Source of the DNA: Candidatus Jorgensenbacteria bacterium
GTDB lineage: Bacteria; Patescibacteriota; Minisyncoccia; UBA6257; GWB1-50-10
Assembly (NCBI GenBank): GCA_037444725.1
Contig: JBBILW010000001.1
Coordinates: 5,056 to 69,055 of the forward strand
Reading direction: 5' to 3'
Length of the DNA: 64,000 bases
Within the stretch, counting starts at the first letter, position 1; every line of letters begins with the position of its first letter. The position numbers were made by a program, and so were the translations under genes. Under the pieces are notes generated by a model, which had not been told where the DNA came from, searched no databases, and worked only from the letters and a program-made list of their open reading frames with translations. Shown here piece by piece: positions 40,027-49,682 of this stretch.

Positions 40027-41397
40027 ATGGAAAGTTTTAAGAATCCGTTCGACGCGCGCATTAAAGCAATAGACGACGTTCTTGAGAAACGATTCGGAGA
40101 AGCAAAAACCGCAAGCGATTGGCAAAAGCGCGTAGAGGCGCTTGAAGAAGAGCAGAAAAAAACCAAAGACGCTGGTTATGATTTTTCGTACTACAAATCA
40201 GCAATCGCGCAAGCAAGAAAAAAGAAAGTTGAGACTATGGACGACGGCACACTTGAGGAGCAGCTCAAGAAAATTAAGGAGTTCGAATCGCTTCGTGAAG
40301 AAGAGGATAAAATCCTCCGCGAAAAAATAGAAGCGGAAACCGACGAGAAGAAAAAGGAGGGATTAAAAAAGGACAGAAATAAGGCGCTCGCGTATTATGA
40401 AAAGAAAATAAACGAGATTGAAGAAAAGATAAAACCGAAAAATGAGGAGGAGTTCATCAAAAAAATCTCGGACATAGAAGAGAGGAGGAGTGAAAAACTT
40501 CAACGATTGGGAGTAAACAAAGAAGGGAAGACCATCGCAGATGTTACTTATTTCGATTCACAGCTCGCCACAGCGCAACGCGAGCTCGATAAACTAATCA
40601 CCGCAAAAACCGAGAGGCCCGTTCAGTACGTTTTGGAAGCGGGTCTTAAGAAAATCCGCACGCAAAGGGATATAGAAATCGCCTCTCACGGCACGAGCAG
40701 TTTAAGCGACATCCTTAATGACGCTACAAAAAAATTTACCGTATTTGTTTCCGATTGGCGGAAATTTGATTCGCAAAAACTGAAACAAGCACGGCAATGG
40801 GAGGCGCGGCGAGCATCGCTCGACAAACTTGAACGAGATTTCGGGCCCGCCATAGAAGAAGTCAAAAAAATCCCCGCGTTCGCGTCTGAAGCGCAACAGA
40901 TTGAGGATGAAGTGCGCGCGATTATTAAAGAACAAAAAGAACTTGTGGATGATGAAACAAATAAGACGGATGGCGCGCAAAAATCCAAACCTGAGGCGTC
41001 ACAATCGATAGACGATCTTCTGAAGGTGATGGCGATTGCGCAAGAAGGCGAGCGAGTTAAAAAAGAACGTGAGACGTTGCAGCGGGAAAAGCCGATTCAA
41101 TTCCTTGTAGAAGATTTGATTAACCAGCTTCAGAAACAGCGTGATACTGAAACTCTTATAGATGCGCTGTATCAATTCGAAAGTTCTTGGCAAAAGATTG
41201 ACGAACGCAAGCCGGAAACAGAGGCGGAGTGGGCGCTTCGCCGCGATGCATTGCGGGCACTTAAAATGGAACTCCTCAATGCAAAGAAGAAATTGTCTGA
41301 TATGAAAATCGTTATCGATTATAGCGCAATCGACAACGAGATTGCGGATGCGGACGATTTTTTAGCTGCCGCGGGTAAAAAGGATCAGCAGTCCTAG
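40027..41397 (+). CDS. Charged coiled-coil protein with internal repeats
   Basis: K/E-rich; duplicated module at about aa 196-270 and 354-415. Confidence 0.78.
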   Translation: MESFKNPFDARIKAIDDVLEKRFGEAKTASDWQKRVEALEEEQKKTKDAGYDFSYYKSAIAQARKKKVETMDDGTLEEQLKKIKEFESLREEEDKILREKIEAETDEKKKEGLKKDRNKALAYYEKKINEIEEKIKPKNEEEFIKKISDIEERRSEKLQRLGVNKEGKTIADVTYFDSQLATAQRELDKLITAKTERPVQYVLEAGLKKIRTQRDIEIASHGTSSLSDILNDATKKFTVFVSDWRKFDSQKLKQARQWEARRASLDKLERDFGPAIEEVKKIPAFASEAQQIEDEVRAIIKEQKELVDDETNKTDGAQKSKPEASQSIDDLLKVMAIAQEGERVKKERETLQREKPIQFLVEDLINQLQKQRDTETLIDALYQFESSWQKIDERKPETEAEWALRRDALRALKMELLNAKKKLSDMKIVIDYSAIDNEIADADDFLAAAGKKDQQS

Positions 41398-41454
41398 CCA
41401 ATAGGAGGTACAATTGAAAACGACATCGGTATATAATGTTTGTATACGAGAGAT

Positions 41455-42618
41455 ATGGATTATTCACTCATCACTGAACAAGCGATTAACAACCGATACA
41501 ATACCGTCCCGGAAGAACTTCGCGATGCGGTGGATTCCGAACAAACGCAAAAGCTGATATCCAACATCAGCAAAACGCAGTATTTGAATGAGGAAAAATC
41601 GCTTATCTTGGAGCAACTCGTTGCACTTGTGCTCCTCGGCTTTATGTCGACAAACGAACTGGTGCACGAGCTTCGCGAACAGCTTTTCTTAAACCATGAG
41701 CACGCCCGCGTACTGGCAAATGAGCTCAACAACAGAATTTTCGAGTCACTTAAAGAAGAGCTCGCTGCCGCATACAATCCTCCCGCGGCTACCATTGAAC
41801 AGGAAGCGCCTCAGCCTCCCTCGGCGGTAAGAGCACCAGCCGAAGAACCTCTTCCTATTACGTCGTTTAAGATCGCTCCGGAAGCGGCGCCTGCGCCGGC
41901 ATCCACGCCCGCGCCCATTTCTCCCGTTTCCATCAACGCAAGCGAAGGCGGGCCCGCAGTTTTGCAGAAACAGACGCCCTTTTTCGAACGGGCGGAATTA
42001 AAACCGACCGGTAAGAAACCGTCGCTTTCATTCAACACGTTCGCATCATCATCCGAGACCACCGAACCGCCTCGCGTTCAGGCAAAAATCGAAACTCCTC
42101 TCGGTGTGCAATGGGCAGCGAAAAAAGAGGAGCCTAAAAAAATGGGGAAGGTGGTGCACTATAGCGAATTCGGCTCATCAGGAGGCGGAGGCCGCCCCGC
42201 ACCCGTTTCGGAGTTTATTAATCTTGAGGCGCTCAAAAAGGTTTCGCTCGACACAAAGCCCGCCCCCGCGGCACCGCAGGTAGCCCCAGCCGCACCTCAA
42301 TCCGCAAGCCCCGCTCCGCAGCAACCTCCGGCAGCTCCTTCTGCGCCGATTCTTAACCCCGACGTGCCGACGCTCATCACGCCGGTCGCAACGATAAAGC
42401 CAGCGCCGATAGAAGAGAAAAAGAGTCCTCTCATGTGGGGTATAAATCCCATTTCTGTAAGCGTTCCAACTGCCACAACAGCTGATTCGGGACCGAAGCG
42501 TATGGATGCAATAGTGCCTAATGCCGGCTCTCCAGCAGCTCAAAAACCAGCTCCCGTACCGATTTCGAGCGATACGAAACAACCCGCACTTGAAGGAAAT
42601 GTTATTCACCTTCGCTAA
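41455..42618 (+). CDS. Hypothetical protein (helical N-domain + Pro-rich tail)
   Basis: RYNTVPEELRDA...LVLLG; VVHYS; ends GNVIHLR; TAATG-coupled to PrgI gene. Confidence 0.78.
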   Translation: MDYSLITEQAINNRYNTVPEELRDAVDSEQTQKLISNISKTQYLNEEKSLILEQLVALVLLGFMSTNELVHELREQLFLNHEHARVLANELNNRIFESLKEELAAAYNPPAATIEQEAPQPPSAVRAPAEEPLPITSFKIAPEAAPAPASTPAPISPVSINASEGGPAVLQKQTPFFERAELKPTGKKPSLSFNTFASSSETTEPPRVQAKIETPLGVQWAAKKEEPKKMGKVVHYSEFGSSGGGGRPAPVSEFINLEALKKVSLDTKPAPAAPQVAPAAPQSASPAPQQPPAAPSAPILNPDVPTLITPVATIKPAPIEEKKSPLMWGINPISVSVPTATTADSGPKRMDAIVPNAGSPAAQKPAPVPISSDTKQPALEGNVIHLR

Positions 42619-43115
42619 TGGCACAATTTCAGATACCACAATTTATTGAAGAGGAGGCAAAAATTGTCGGCCCTCTTACCATTAAACAATTCGGCTATCT
42701 CGCAGTCGCGGGGGGCCTTTCGTTTGGGCTCTTCTATTTATTTACGTTCTTTCTCTGGCTTATAGTGTCCGCCATTCTTATCGGCGCGGCGGCCGCCCTT
42801 GCATTCGTGAAGATTAACGGACAAGGTCTTCCTGAAATTCTTCTCGCGGGCTTTTCATTTTTATGGAAACCGCGCCGTTATGTTTGGCAGCGGGCAATGC
42901 AGCAGACCACGCTCGACATTTCCGATCTTGAAAAAATACAAACGATACGCAAAAGCATCAGTATTTCGGACAAGCTTAAGAACATCGCTGTAGGAGTGAC
43001 TACGGGAAAGATATTCCGCGGCGAGGGCGAAACACCAAGTCAGCCCAAAGAGCGTTATCAGGTTGTTTCTTACCTTACCGGGGAGCAGAAGGTAGCAAAG
43101 CGCATCGATTACTAG
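42618..43115 (+). CDS. PrgI-family protein (VirB3-like)
   Basis: QFQIPQFIEEEAKIVGPLTIKQF, two TM helices, PRRYVW. Confidence 0.85.
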   Translation: MAQFQIPQFIEEEAKIVGPLTIKQFGYLAVAGGLSFGLFYLFTFFLWLIVSAILIGAAAALAFVKINGQGLPEILLAGFSFLWKPRRYVWQRAMQQTTLDISDLEKIQTIRKSISISDKLKNIAVGVTTGKIFRGEGETPSQPKERYQVVSYLTGEQKVAKRIDY

Positions 43116-43151
43116 CGCATAAACCGTTGAAATACGGTACAATATACGTAT

Positions 43152-43802
43152 ATGGCAGAAGTCAGCCTTCCTACACAACAATTCGTTGATATAAAAGAGG
43201 TGCGCAATGGCGTCGTCTACCTGAAACAGGGAGGCATGCGCAAGATTCTTATCGTGAGCGGCGTTAACTTCGACCTCAAATCCGAGGCTGAGCAGACCGC
43301 CATTCTCGGCACGTTCCAAAACTTCATCAATACCATCGATTTTCCTGTTCAATTTTTCATTCACTCGCGCAAAGTAAACATCGAGACCTATCTTGAGAAG
43401 ATGAGCGAGCGACAATCAAAGGAAGAAAACGAGCTCTTAAAAATACAGATTGGAGAATATATTGAATTTATCCGCTCATTTGTCGAACAGAACGCTATTA
43501 TCAATAAAACTTTTTTTGCAATTGTCCCTTACGACGGCGGAACGGTAGTGGCGGGCGGGGGAGTCGACAATATTCTTAATATGTTCAACAAGCCCCAGTC
43601 TGCCGACGTGCAAAAACAGCAATCGGAACATGCCGCACTCGAACAACTTGAGTTGCGCGTTACCGAAATTTCAAACGGAATTGAACAAATCGGCCTCCGT
43701 GTAACTCCTTTGAGCGACGCCGAGATAGTCGAGCTTTTCTATAACCTTTACAATCCGCAGCTTCAGGAAAAGAAGGGTCTTGAGATTACCAAGCAACAAT
43801 GA
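43152..43802 (+). CDS. Protein related to the VirB4/TraC N-terminal region
   Basis: TQQFVDIKEVRNGVV, VNFDLKSEAEQ, FPVQFFIHSR, ELFYNLYNP; directly upstream of VirB4. Confidence 0.68.
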   Translation: MAEVSLPTQQFVDIKEVRNGVVYLKQGGMRKILIVSGVNFDLKSEAEQTAILGTFQNFINTIDFPVQFFIHSRKVNIETYLEKMSERQSKEENELLKIQIGEYIEFIRSFVEQNAIINKTFFAIVPYDGGTVVAGGGVDNILNMFNKPQSADVQKQQSEHAALEQLELRVTEISNGIEQIGLRVTPLSDAEIVELFYNLYNPQLQEKKGLEITKQQ

Positions 43803-45550
43803 AAATAAAAATCCCGCAACTCTATAAGCCGTCGCCTCAAGATCTCCCGAACATTATTGCGCCGTCGGGACTTGAGATTAATGCGAACTACATTAAAATC
43901 GGCGATTATTACGCGAAAACGCTTTTTATTTTCACCTATCCTCGTTTTGTGATGACGGGATGGTTTTCGCCCATTATCAATATGGCGGAAATGATGGATG
44001 TTTCCATCTTCATGCATCCCATGGACACCTCGCTCGCGCTTCAAAATCTCCGTAAAAAAGTTGCGCAGGTAGAATCGGAGCTTAATGAAAAACAGGCGAA
44101 AGGAATGGTGCGCGACCCCATGCTTGAGACCGCATACCAAGACATAGAAACGCTGCGCGACGCGCTTCTTCAGGCACGCGAGAAGCTTTTTAAAGTCGGT
44201 GTATATATTACTGTGTACGCACAAACACTTGAGGCGCTCACCAAAATCGAGGGCCAGGTTTCAAATGTTTTGGAAGGGAAGCTTGTGTATATAAAACCGT
44301 CTCTTTTCAAACAACTCGAGGGGTTTGACTCCACACTTCCTCTTGGCGAAGACAAGCTGCAGATTCACACGCCGCTCAACTCCGGCTCCGCTTCGTCGCT
44401 CTTCCCGTTTGTATCACCTGATTTGAGCTCTGAAAAGGGAATTCTCTTCGGCATCAATATGAGCAATAACAGCCTCATTATTTTTGACCGTTTCTCGCTT
44501 GAAAACGCGAACCAGGTTATTTTCGCAAAGTCTGGCGCCGGTAAATCATATACCACCAAACTCCAGATTATCCGCTCACTCATGACGGGCACCAATGTCA
44601 TTGTTATCGACCCCGAAAACGAGTACCAAAACCTTGCCAATGCGGTCGGCGGAAGTTATTTCAAGATTTCACTTACCTCACCGAGCCACATTAATCCGTT
44701 CGACATCCCCATCATTCCGGAAGGGGAGGAGCCCGGAGACGTCTTCAAATCGCACGTGTTGAACCTCACGGGTCTTTTGAAACTCATGCTCGGCACTATT
44801 ACGCCCGAGGAAGACGCGATGCTCGATAAAGTTATCACCGACACGTACGCCTCACGTGACATTACGGCTGAGAATTTCGGTGTCACGAAAGAAATCAACC
44901 CGCCGCTCCTCGAAGACCTTCAGATTATTTTGCAAAACACCGAGGGCGGCCGCGCTCTTGCTCAGCGTCTTGAAAAATTCACTCACGGTTCGTATGCCGG
45001 CTTCACCAATGCGCCGACGAACGTTGATATCAAGAACCGCCTTATCGTGTTCTCAATCCGCGACCTGGAGGAAGAATTGCGCCCCATCGCGATGTACATC
45101 GTGTTGAACTTCGTGTGGAACCTCGTACGCTCCGAGCTCAAACAGCGCCTTCTCTTTGTCGACGAGGCGTGGATTATGATGAAGTTTAAAGACAGCGCCT
45201 CCTTCCTCTTCGGCCTTGTAAAACGCGCGCGCAAATACTTCCTCGGCATAACGACCATCACCCAGGACGTGGAAGATTTCTTGAAGTCGGAATACGGACG
45301 ACCGATTGTCACGAACTCTGCAATGCAGATTCTCATGAAACAGTCGCCGAGTTCTATTGAGGCAGTTGCGAAAACATTCGATCTCACCGATGGCGAACGC
45401 GTGCTTCTTCTGGAAGCCGGGGTGGGCGAGGGGTTGTTCTTTGCGGGTGCAAAGCACGTAGCTATTAAAATAATCGCGTCATACACGGAAGATCAGATTA
45501 TTACTACAAACCCCGAGCAAATGCTGGAGACTAAAGGATTGCAAAAATAA
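43799..45550 (+). CDS. virB4: VirB4-like ATPase
   Basis: FDRFSLENAN, AKSGAGKS (Walker A), IDPENEY, FVDEAW (Walker B), KRARKY, TQDVEDF. Confidence 0.9.
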   Translation: MKIKIPQLYKPSPQDLPNIIAPSGLEINANYIKIGDYYAKTLFIFTYPRFVMTGWFSPIINMAEMMDVSIFMHPMDTSLALQNLRKKVAQVESELNEKQAKGMVRDPMLETAYQDIETLRDALLQAREKLFKVGVYITVYAQTLEALTKIEGQVSNVLEGKLVYIKPSLFKQLEGFDSTLPLGEDKLQIHTPLNSGSASSLFPFVSPDLSSEKGILFGINMSNNSLIIFDRFSLENANQVIFAKSGAGKSYTTKLQIIRSLMTGTNVIVIDPENEYQNLANAVGGSYFKISLTSPSHINPFDIPIIPEGEEPGDVFKSHVLNLTGLLKLMLGTITPEEDAMLDKVITDTYASRDITAENFGVTKEINPPLLEDLQIILQNTEGGRALAQRLEKFTHGSYAGFTNAPTNVDIKNRLIVFSIRDLEEELRPIAMYIVLNFVWNLVRSELKQRLLFVDEAWIMMKFKDSASFLFGLVKRARKYFLGITTITQDVEDFLKSEYGRPIVTNSAMQILMKQSPSSIEAVAKTFDLTDGERVLLLEAGVGEGLFFAGAKHVAIKIIASYTEDQIITTNPEQMLETKGLQK

Positions 45551-45554
45551 TGCC

Positions 45555-45905
45555 ATGGAAGACGAGAAGCCATTTTCTCTTGTTGAAATAATCTTCGGCA
45601 CTCTTATTGCGCTTATCATCGACGTTGTGGCCGCGATTGCGAGCGCGTTCAGTCTCGGTATTCTCGGTTTTTTTGTCCACGCGGGAACATGGCTCGTCTT
45701 CACGCTCTGGTTTACAATTAAAGGGTTGGGCGTGACCGCTTCGCTCGCGAGAAGATATTTTCTTCCCATGGCAATTCAGGCAATTCCTTTTCTCCCCACA
45801 ACAACCGTAACATTCCTCATGGTCACGTATATGGAAAATAATCCCGATAAATTCGCTGCAGTTACGTCAGTGGCACGCGTAGCGGGTACTGTTGCAAAGC
45901 TATAA
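45555..45905 (+). CDS. Hypothetical membrane protein
   Basis: Hydrophobic, 2-3 TM helices, AIPFLP. Confidence 0.75.
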   Translation: MEDEKPFSLVEIIFGTLIALIIDVVAAIASAFSLGILGFFVHAGTWLVFTLWFTIKGLGVTASLARRYFLPMAIQAIPFLPTTTVTFLMVTYMENNPDKFAAVTSVARVAGTVAKL

Positions 45906-45907
45906 CC

Positions 45908-46585
45908 ATGCGCCAACTCACCACAATTCTTGCGTTCGCCTTCGTGCTTTTTATCGCGCTACACTCTTTCGCGTACGCAGCAGGGGCGCCGGCGCTCATC
46001 ATCACGTGGAAAGCCGATAATTATTACCCCATTAACTTCGAGGGCAGGGCGCTTCCTTCGCCGACAACGCCCGTAACCGTTTCTGTAGAGGGCGCTGTTG
46101 ATGGAAAACTTATCGATCTCTCAAAGGCGGACATTTCCTGGTACAAAGACGGTGACAGGTTTGATGTAGGCTCCGGACTTAAAGAAACTTCATTTAATGC
46201 CGAGGACACGGATGCGGGCTCGCACTTTATCCGCGTAGTTGCGGTTATTAATGGAGTTTCCGCGGAGCAAACGATTCGCATACCCGTCGTAAGCCCCGTC
46301 GCAGTGCTCGAGGTGCCATATCCGAATAAAGTCGTTCCTGCGGGAACTGTGGCGAATCTCGTAAGCGTGCCTTACTTTTTTAATGCGTCATCGATAACCG
46401 ACTTCATCTTCAGCTGGCAGATTGCCGACCTCAAACAAAACACCGGAAGCGATAACGTACTCGCGATAAATGTCGGCACGCCTTATACTGATGACCAACG
46501 GACAGTGACGGTTAACTCGTACATTCAAAATCGCAATAATCCGTTTGAAATCGTGAAGCTTCTCACCGATATTTTTGTGAAATAA
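45908..46585 (+). CDS. Hypothetical secreted beta-rich (Ig-like) protein
   Basis: Signal peptide (AYA-A), ITWKADNYYP..EGRALP, PYFF. Confidence 0.75.
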   Translation: MRQLTTILAFAFVLFIALHSFAYAAGAPALIITWKADNYYPINFEGRALPSPTTPVTVSVEGAVDGKLIDLSKADISWYKDGDRFDVGSGLKETSFNAEDTDAGSHFIRVVAVINGVSAEQTIRIPVVSPVAVLEVPYPNKVVPAGTVANLVSVPYFFNASSITDFIFSWQIADLKQNTGSDNVLAINVGTPYTDDQRTVTVNSYIQNRNNPFEIVKLLTDIFVK

Positions 46586-46594
46586 TCCATCTCA

Positions 46595-47800
46595 ATGACC
46601 AGACGACAAATTACCATCCTCCTCATACTTTTCCTCATGGTCGTGGGTGTTATCGTGTACGCAATTTTCTTCCGTGGAACAACGACTCCCGCGGAACAAG
46701 CAGCGCCCTCCGAGCAGCAAACCACAGGAGAGCCGCAAGGCGTGACGGGCACCACAGGAACAACTCCTTCTGGCGCCACACCTGAGGCGACAACAACCAC
46801 CACGACCGAATTTCCTCCGGCGGCCACCGCGGGAGATACGTATGTGCTCAAAAAACTTTCCGACGGTCCTGTTGTAGGCTATTGGGCGGCAAAAAATTCA
46901 AATGACGTCTATTATCTCACCAACGACGGATATGTGATGTCGGCAAAAGAGGGGCCTGATGTAGATCTCTTAAAACAGGAAGTGAAGGGGGTAATCAAGC
47001 TTGAGGGATCTCCCTCAGGAAACAAGGCGCTTGTCGCATTCGGAAATGCAGCCTCCCCGCAATGGGCCGTGTTCGACACACAAGACAAGGCATGGAGACC
47101 GCTTCCCTCAACTATTATTGATGCAACATGGGGCATAAGCGATGACGGCATTGTGGCAACCACGAAGTCTATGGGGAATAACATTGCGCTCACCTATATC
47201 ACTATCTCCAAAACGCCGTTTGATATTAAAACTATCGTGAAGGATTTTCGCTTCAACAGCGTAACTCTCGCCATAAAATCTATTGACGAGCTTTACATAA
47301 TGGAACGCCCGTCCGCATTGGCGCTATCGCATGTCTGGCTTTTCAATCTTAAGTCGAACGCCCTCACGCAGGTGCTTAATCCGGCAAACGGCCTCACGCT
47401 TGTTCCGGGAAGCAATAAAGATATTTTCTTCCGTTTTAGCTCGCCGAATAATTTTGCGATACTCAACCGCTCGCTTGGCATGACGCAGCCATTTCCTTAT
47501 GTCACATTACCTCAAAAGTGCGACGGGGTAAGCACGGCCGTTTACTGCTTTGTTCCTAAAAATACTTCTATTTTTTCGGCCAGCAATTCAATGCCCGATG
47601 ATTATCTTATGAAAAAAACGTACACGAGCGATGATTTTTACCGCCTTGACCTCACGACAGGAGGGGATAGGCTTATAGTAACGGGCGACTCAGCAAACGC
47701 TCCTGCACTTGATGCGCAAAATGTGCGGACGAGGGGCACATCAACGTATTTCGTTAACCGTTACGATAACTATGTCTATGCGATCCAGAAGGCACAATAA
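46595..47800 (+). CDS. Membrane-anchored protein, Thr-rich linker + probable beta-propeller
   Basis: N-terminal TM, T/P-rich linker, beta repeats, TLPQKC...YCFVP, PDDYL. Confidence 0.75.
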   Translation: MTRRQITILLILFLMVVGVIVYAIFFRGTTTPAEQAAPSEQQTTGEPQGVTGTTGTTPSGATPEATTTTTTEFPPAATAGDTYVLKKLSDGPVVGYWAAKNSNDVYYLTNDGYVMSAKEGPDVDLLKQEVKGVIKLEGSPSGNKALVAFGNAASPQWAVFDTQDKAWRPLPSTIIDATWGISDDGIVATTKSMGNNIALTYITISKTPFDIKTIVKDFRFNSVTLAIKSIDELYIMERPSALALSHVWLFNLKSNALTQVLNPANGLTLVPGSNKDIFFRFSSPNNFAILNRSLGMTQPFPYVTLPQKCDGVSTAVYCFVPKNTSIFSASNSMPDDYLMKKTYTSDDFYRLDLTTGGDRLIVTGDSANAPALDAQNVRTRGTSTYFVNRYDNYVYAIQKAQ

Positions 47801-47801
47801 T

Positions 47802-49196
47802 ATGAATAAAAAAACGCTGTTTGCTCTCGTGGTTGTCAGCCTCATCATCGTGCCTTCTATTATTCTCGCGGCTAGCGCTCCCGCGCCCCTGCGCTTCTCG
47901 CCACCTTACATAAGCGGCGTACCGGGGTTTGCCGGCACTTCACAGGCGCCCATCATGTCGGGTGGAGCAACCTCGATTCAGGATTATCTTATTCGCATTT
48001 ATCAGTTTGCTATCGGTATCTCAGGCGTAACCGCGGTCGGCATGATTGTGTGGGGCGCTATCAATATGTCGATTTATACAGGACGTATCGACCGATACGA
48101 GGAAGGTAAAACAATAATTTACCAGGCACTTTTTGGTCTTGCGCTTCTCTTTGGTTCATACCTCTTACTCAACACCATCAACCCGCAAATCACCACACTC
48201 ACCGAACCAACCGGAGGCGGAAAACAACTCGATGCAGTTACCACAACCACAGTAGCAAACCCAGGATCGAGCGCGTCGGGCTCATCGATATGCGGCGGCG
48301 GGCAACTTGCGAGCATACCGCAACTTCCCAACCTTTCATCCGCCACGCCGAGCGCAACTGGCTGCGAATATAGGCGCCTCCAACTCACGCAAGACCTCAC
48401 ATACTCCGCAAAGGGTATGTATAACCAAGACCTTAACTTGAAAAAAGGTGCCATTATATGGCTCTGGCCGTATTATGTTGGAGACACAGCATCAGCACGT
48501 TGTACTATCTACGCCTATAAAGACGCTCCCATTGAAGTGCCTAATTACGCTCCAGATGGCTCCGTTCAAGGACCTCCGACTCTTTCTTATCCCGCGACCC
48601 AACAAGTGTCGCTCAAGCTTGATGGTATGAGTAAATGCGGAAACGACCCCGCGACCCAGCAACCAGGCGCAACCTGCACCGATTGCGCAGCAACCGGAGG
48701 TTCGGTTGATGTAAGCGGTATTAACACAAGCAATCTTGATGGCAACGGATCATGCTCGCCATCAATAAACACCTCACCCGCGGGCATTATTTCCGATATA
48801 AAAAATGGCAATCTTCCCTACATTTGTTACCCGGGCTGCAACTCGACAACTGCGCCTTGCACGAGAAGCGGAGCAACACTTTCCGCAAATACCGTAAACA
48901 CGATTATCAATCTCCAAAATTCCGGAATGTCCTTTACAGTAACAAGTCTCACGGGCGGTTCACACAGCGCGGTAGGTGATGTGCACTATCAAGGAAAGGC
49001 ACTTGATGTGGTGTTTCAGCCGCAAGATGCCACCACGTGGAATAAGGCATTGAAATTACTACAAGGCATGAGCACTGTTTCACAGGCGGCATGTGAATTC
49101 ATTGGAGGTAGTCCGCCCAACTTTGATCAGAGTTCGTGTAATGGCTTATTCGCATCAGGCACCACAAATCGGCACATCCACGTCACCACGAAATAA
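47802..49196 (+). CDS. Pilin-domain protein fused to Cys-rich region and zinc DD-peptidase-like (M15/LAS) domain
   Basis: TM-(EEGK)-TM then LLNTINPQI pilin signature; C-terminal SLTGGSH...HYQGKALD and HIHV. Confidence 0.72.
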   Translation: MNKKTLFALVVVSLIIVPSIILAASAPAPLRFSPPYISGVPGFAGTSQAPIMSGGATSIQDYLIRIYQFAIGISGVTAVGMIVWGAINMSIYTGRIDRYEEGKTIIYQALFGLALLFGSYLLLNTINPQITTLTEPTGGGKQLDAVTTTTVANPGSSASGSSICGGGQLASIPQLPNLSSATPSATGCEYRRLQLTQDLTYSAKGMYNQDLNLKKGAIIWLWPYYVGDTASARCTIYAYKDAPIEVPNYAPDGSVQGPPTLSYPATQQVSLKLDGMSKCGNDPATQQPGATCTDCAATGGSVDVSGINTSNLDGNGSCSPSINTSPAGIISDIKNGNLPYICYPGCNSTTAPCTRSGATLSANTVNTIINLQNSGMSFTVTSLTGGSHSAVGDVHYQGKALDVVFQPQDATTWNKALKLLQGMSTVSQAACEFIGGSPPNFDQSSCNGLFASGTTNRHIHVTTK

Positions 49197-49223
49197 AAAA
49201 CACCCCTTGCGGGGTGTTTTTTT
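49195..49223. terminator. Bidirectional terminator
   Basis: AAAAAACACCCC-TTGC-GGGGTGTTTTTT between convergent genes. Confidence 0.85.
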
Positions 49224-49226
49224 AAT

Positions 49227-49664
49227 TTATGAAACGAATTTGATAACGACGTGACGGTCTTTTCCGGCTCCCGCGCTCTCGGTCTTGAGCTCCGGGTGCG
49301 TGGTGAGCTCCATGTGCACCAAGCGGCGCTCATAGCCGTTCATTGCCGGCAACGCCACTTCCTGCTTCGTAACCGAGGCTTTCTTTGCGGCGGCCTTCGC
49401 GAGCTCGGTAATAAGCCTCTCGCGCTCCTTGCGGTAATAGTTCAAATCCACCACGTGGGGGATAAGACCTTCTTTTTTGAGCATTAAGTTCACAATATGG
49501 TCGAGTGCGGGGAGAATGTTGATGACATTGTCCGAGACAAACCGGTCGTCGATGAGAATAATCACCTTCCTTCGTTCCTCGTCGAGCGCAACCTCCGCCT
49601 CGGGGAAGCCCATAAGGGTTATAAGCTGTTTTGTCTTCTCTACGATTGGATTTGCGGGGTTCAT
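49227..49664 (-). CDS. jag: Jag/KhpB-like RNA-binding protein (R3H)
   Basis: VDLNYYRKER, LPAMNGYERRLVH, TESAGAGKDRHVVI; next to yidC. Confidence 0.88.
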   Translation of the reverse strand: MNPANPIVEKTKQLITLMGFPEAEVALDEERRKVIILIDDRFVSDNVINILPALDHIVNLMLKKEGLIPHVVDLNYYRKERERLITELAKAAAKKASVTKQEVALPAMNGYERRLVHMELTTHPELKTESAGAGKDRHVVIKFVS

Positions 49665-49682
49665 AGTTCAACGAACAGTATA

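Noticed and set aside
39969-40027. Frameshift or readthrough joining the VirB6-like and coiled-coil genes
   Set aside because: Further in-frame stops in the gap and a clean ATG for the downstream gene
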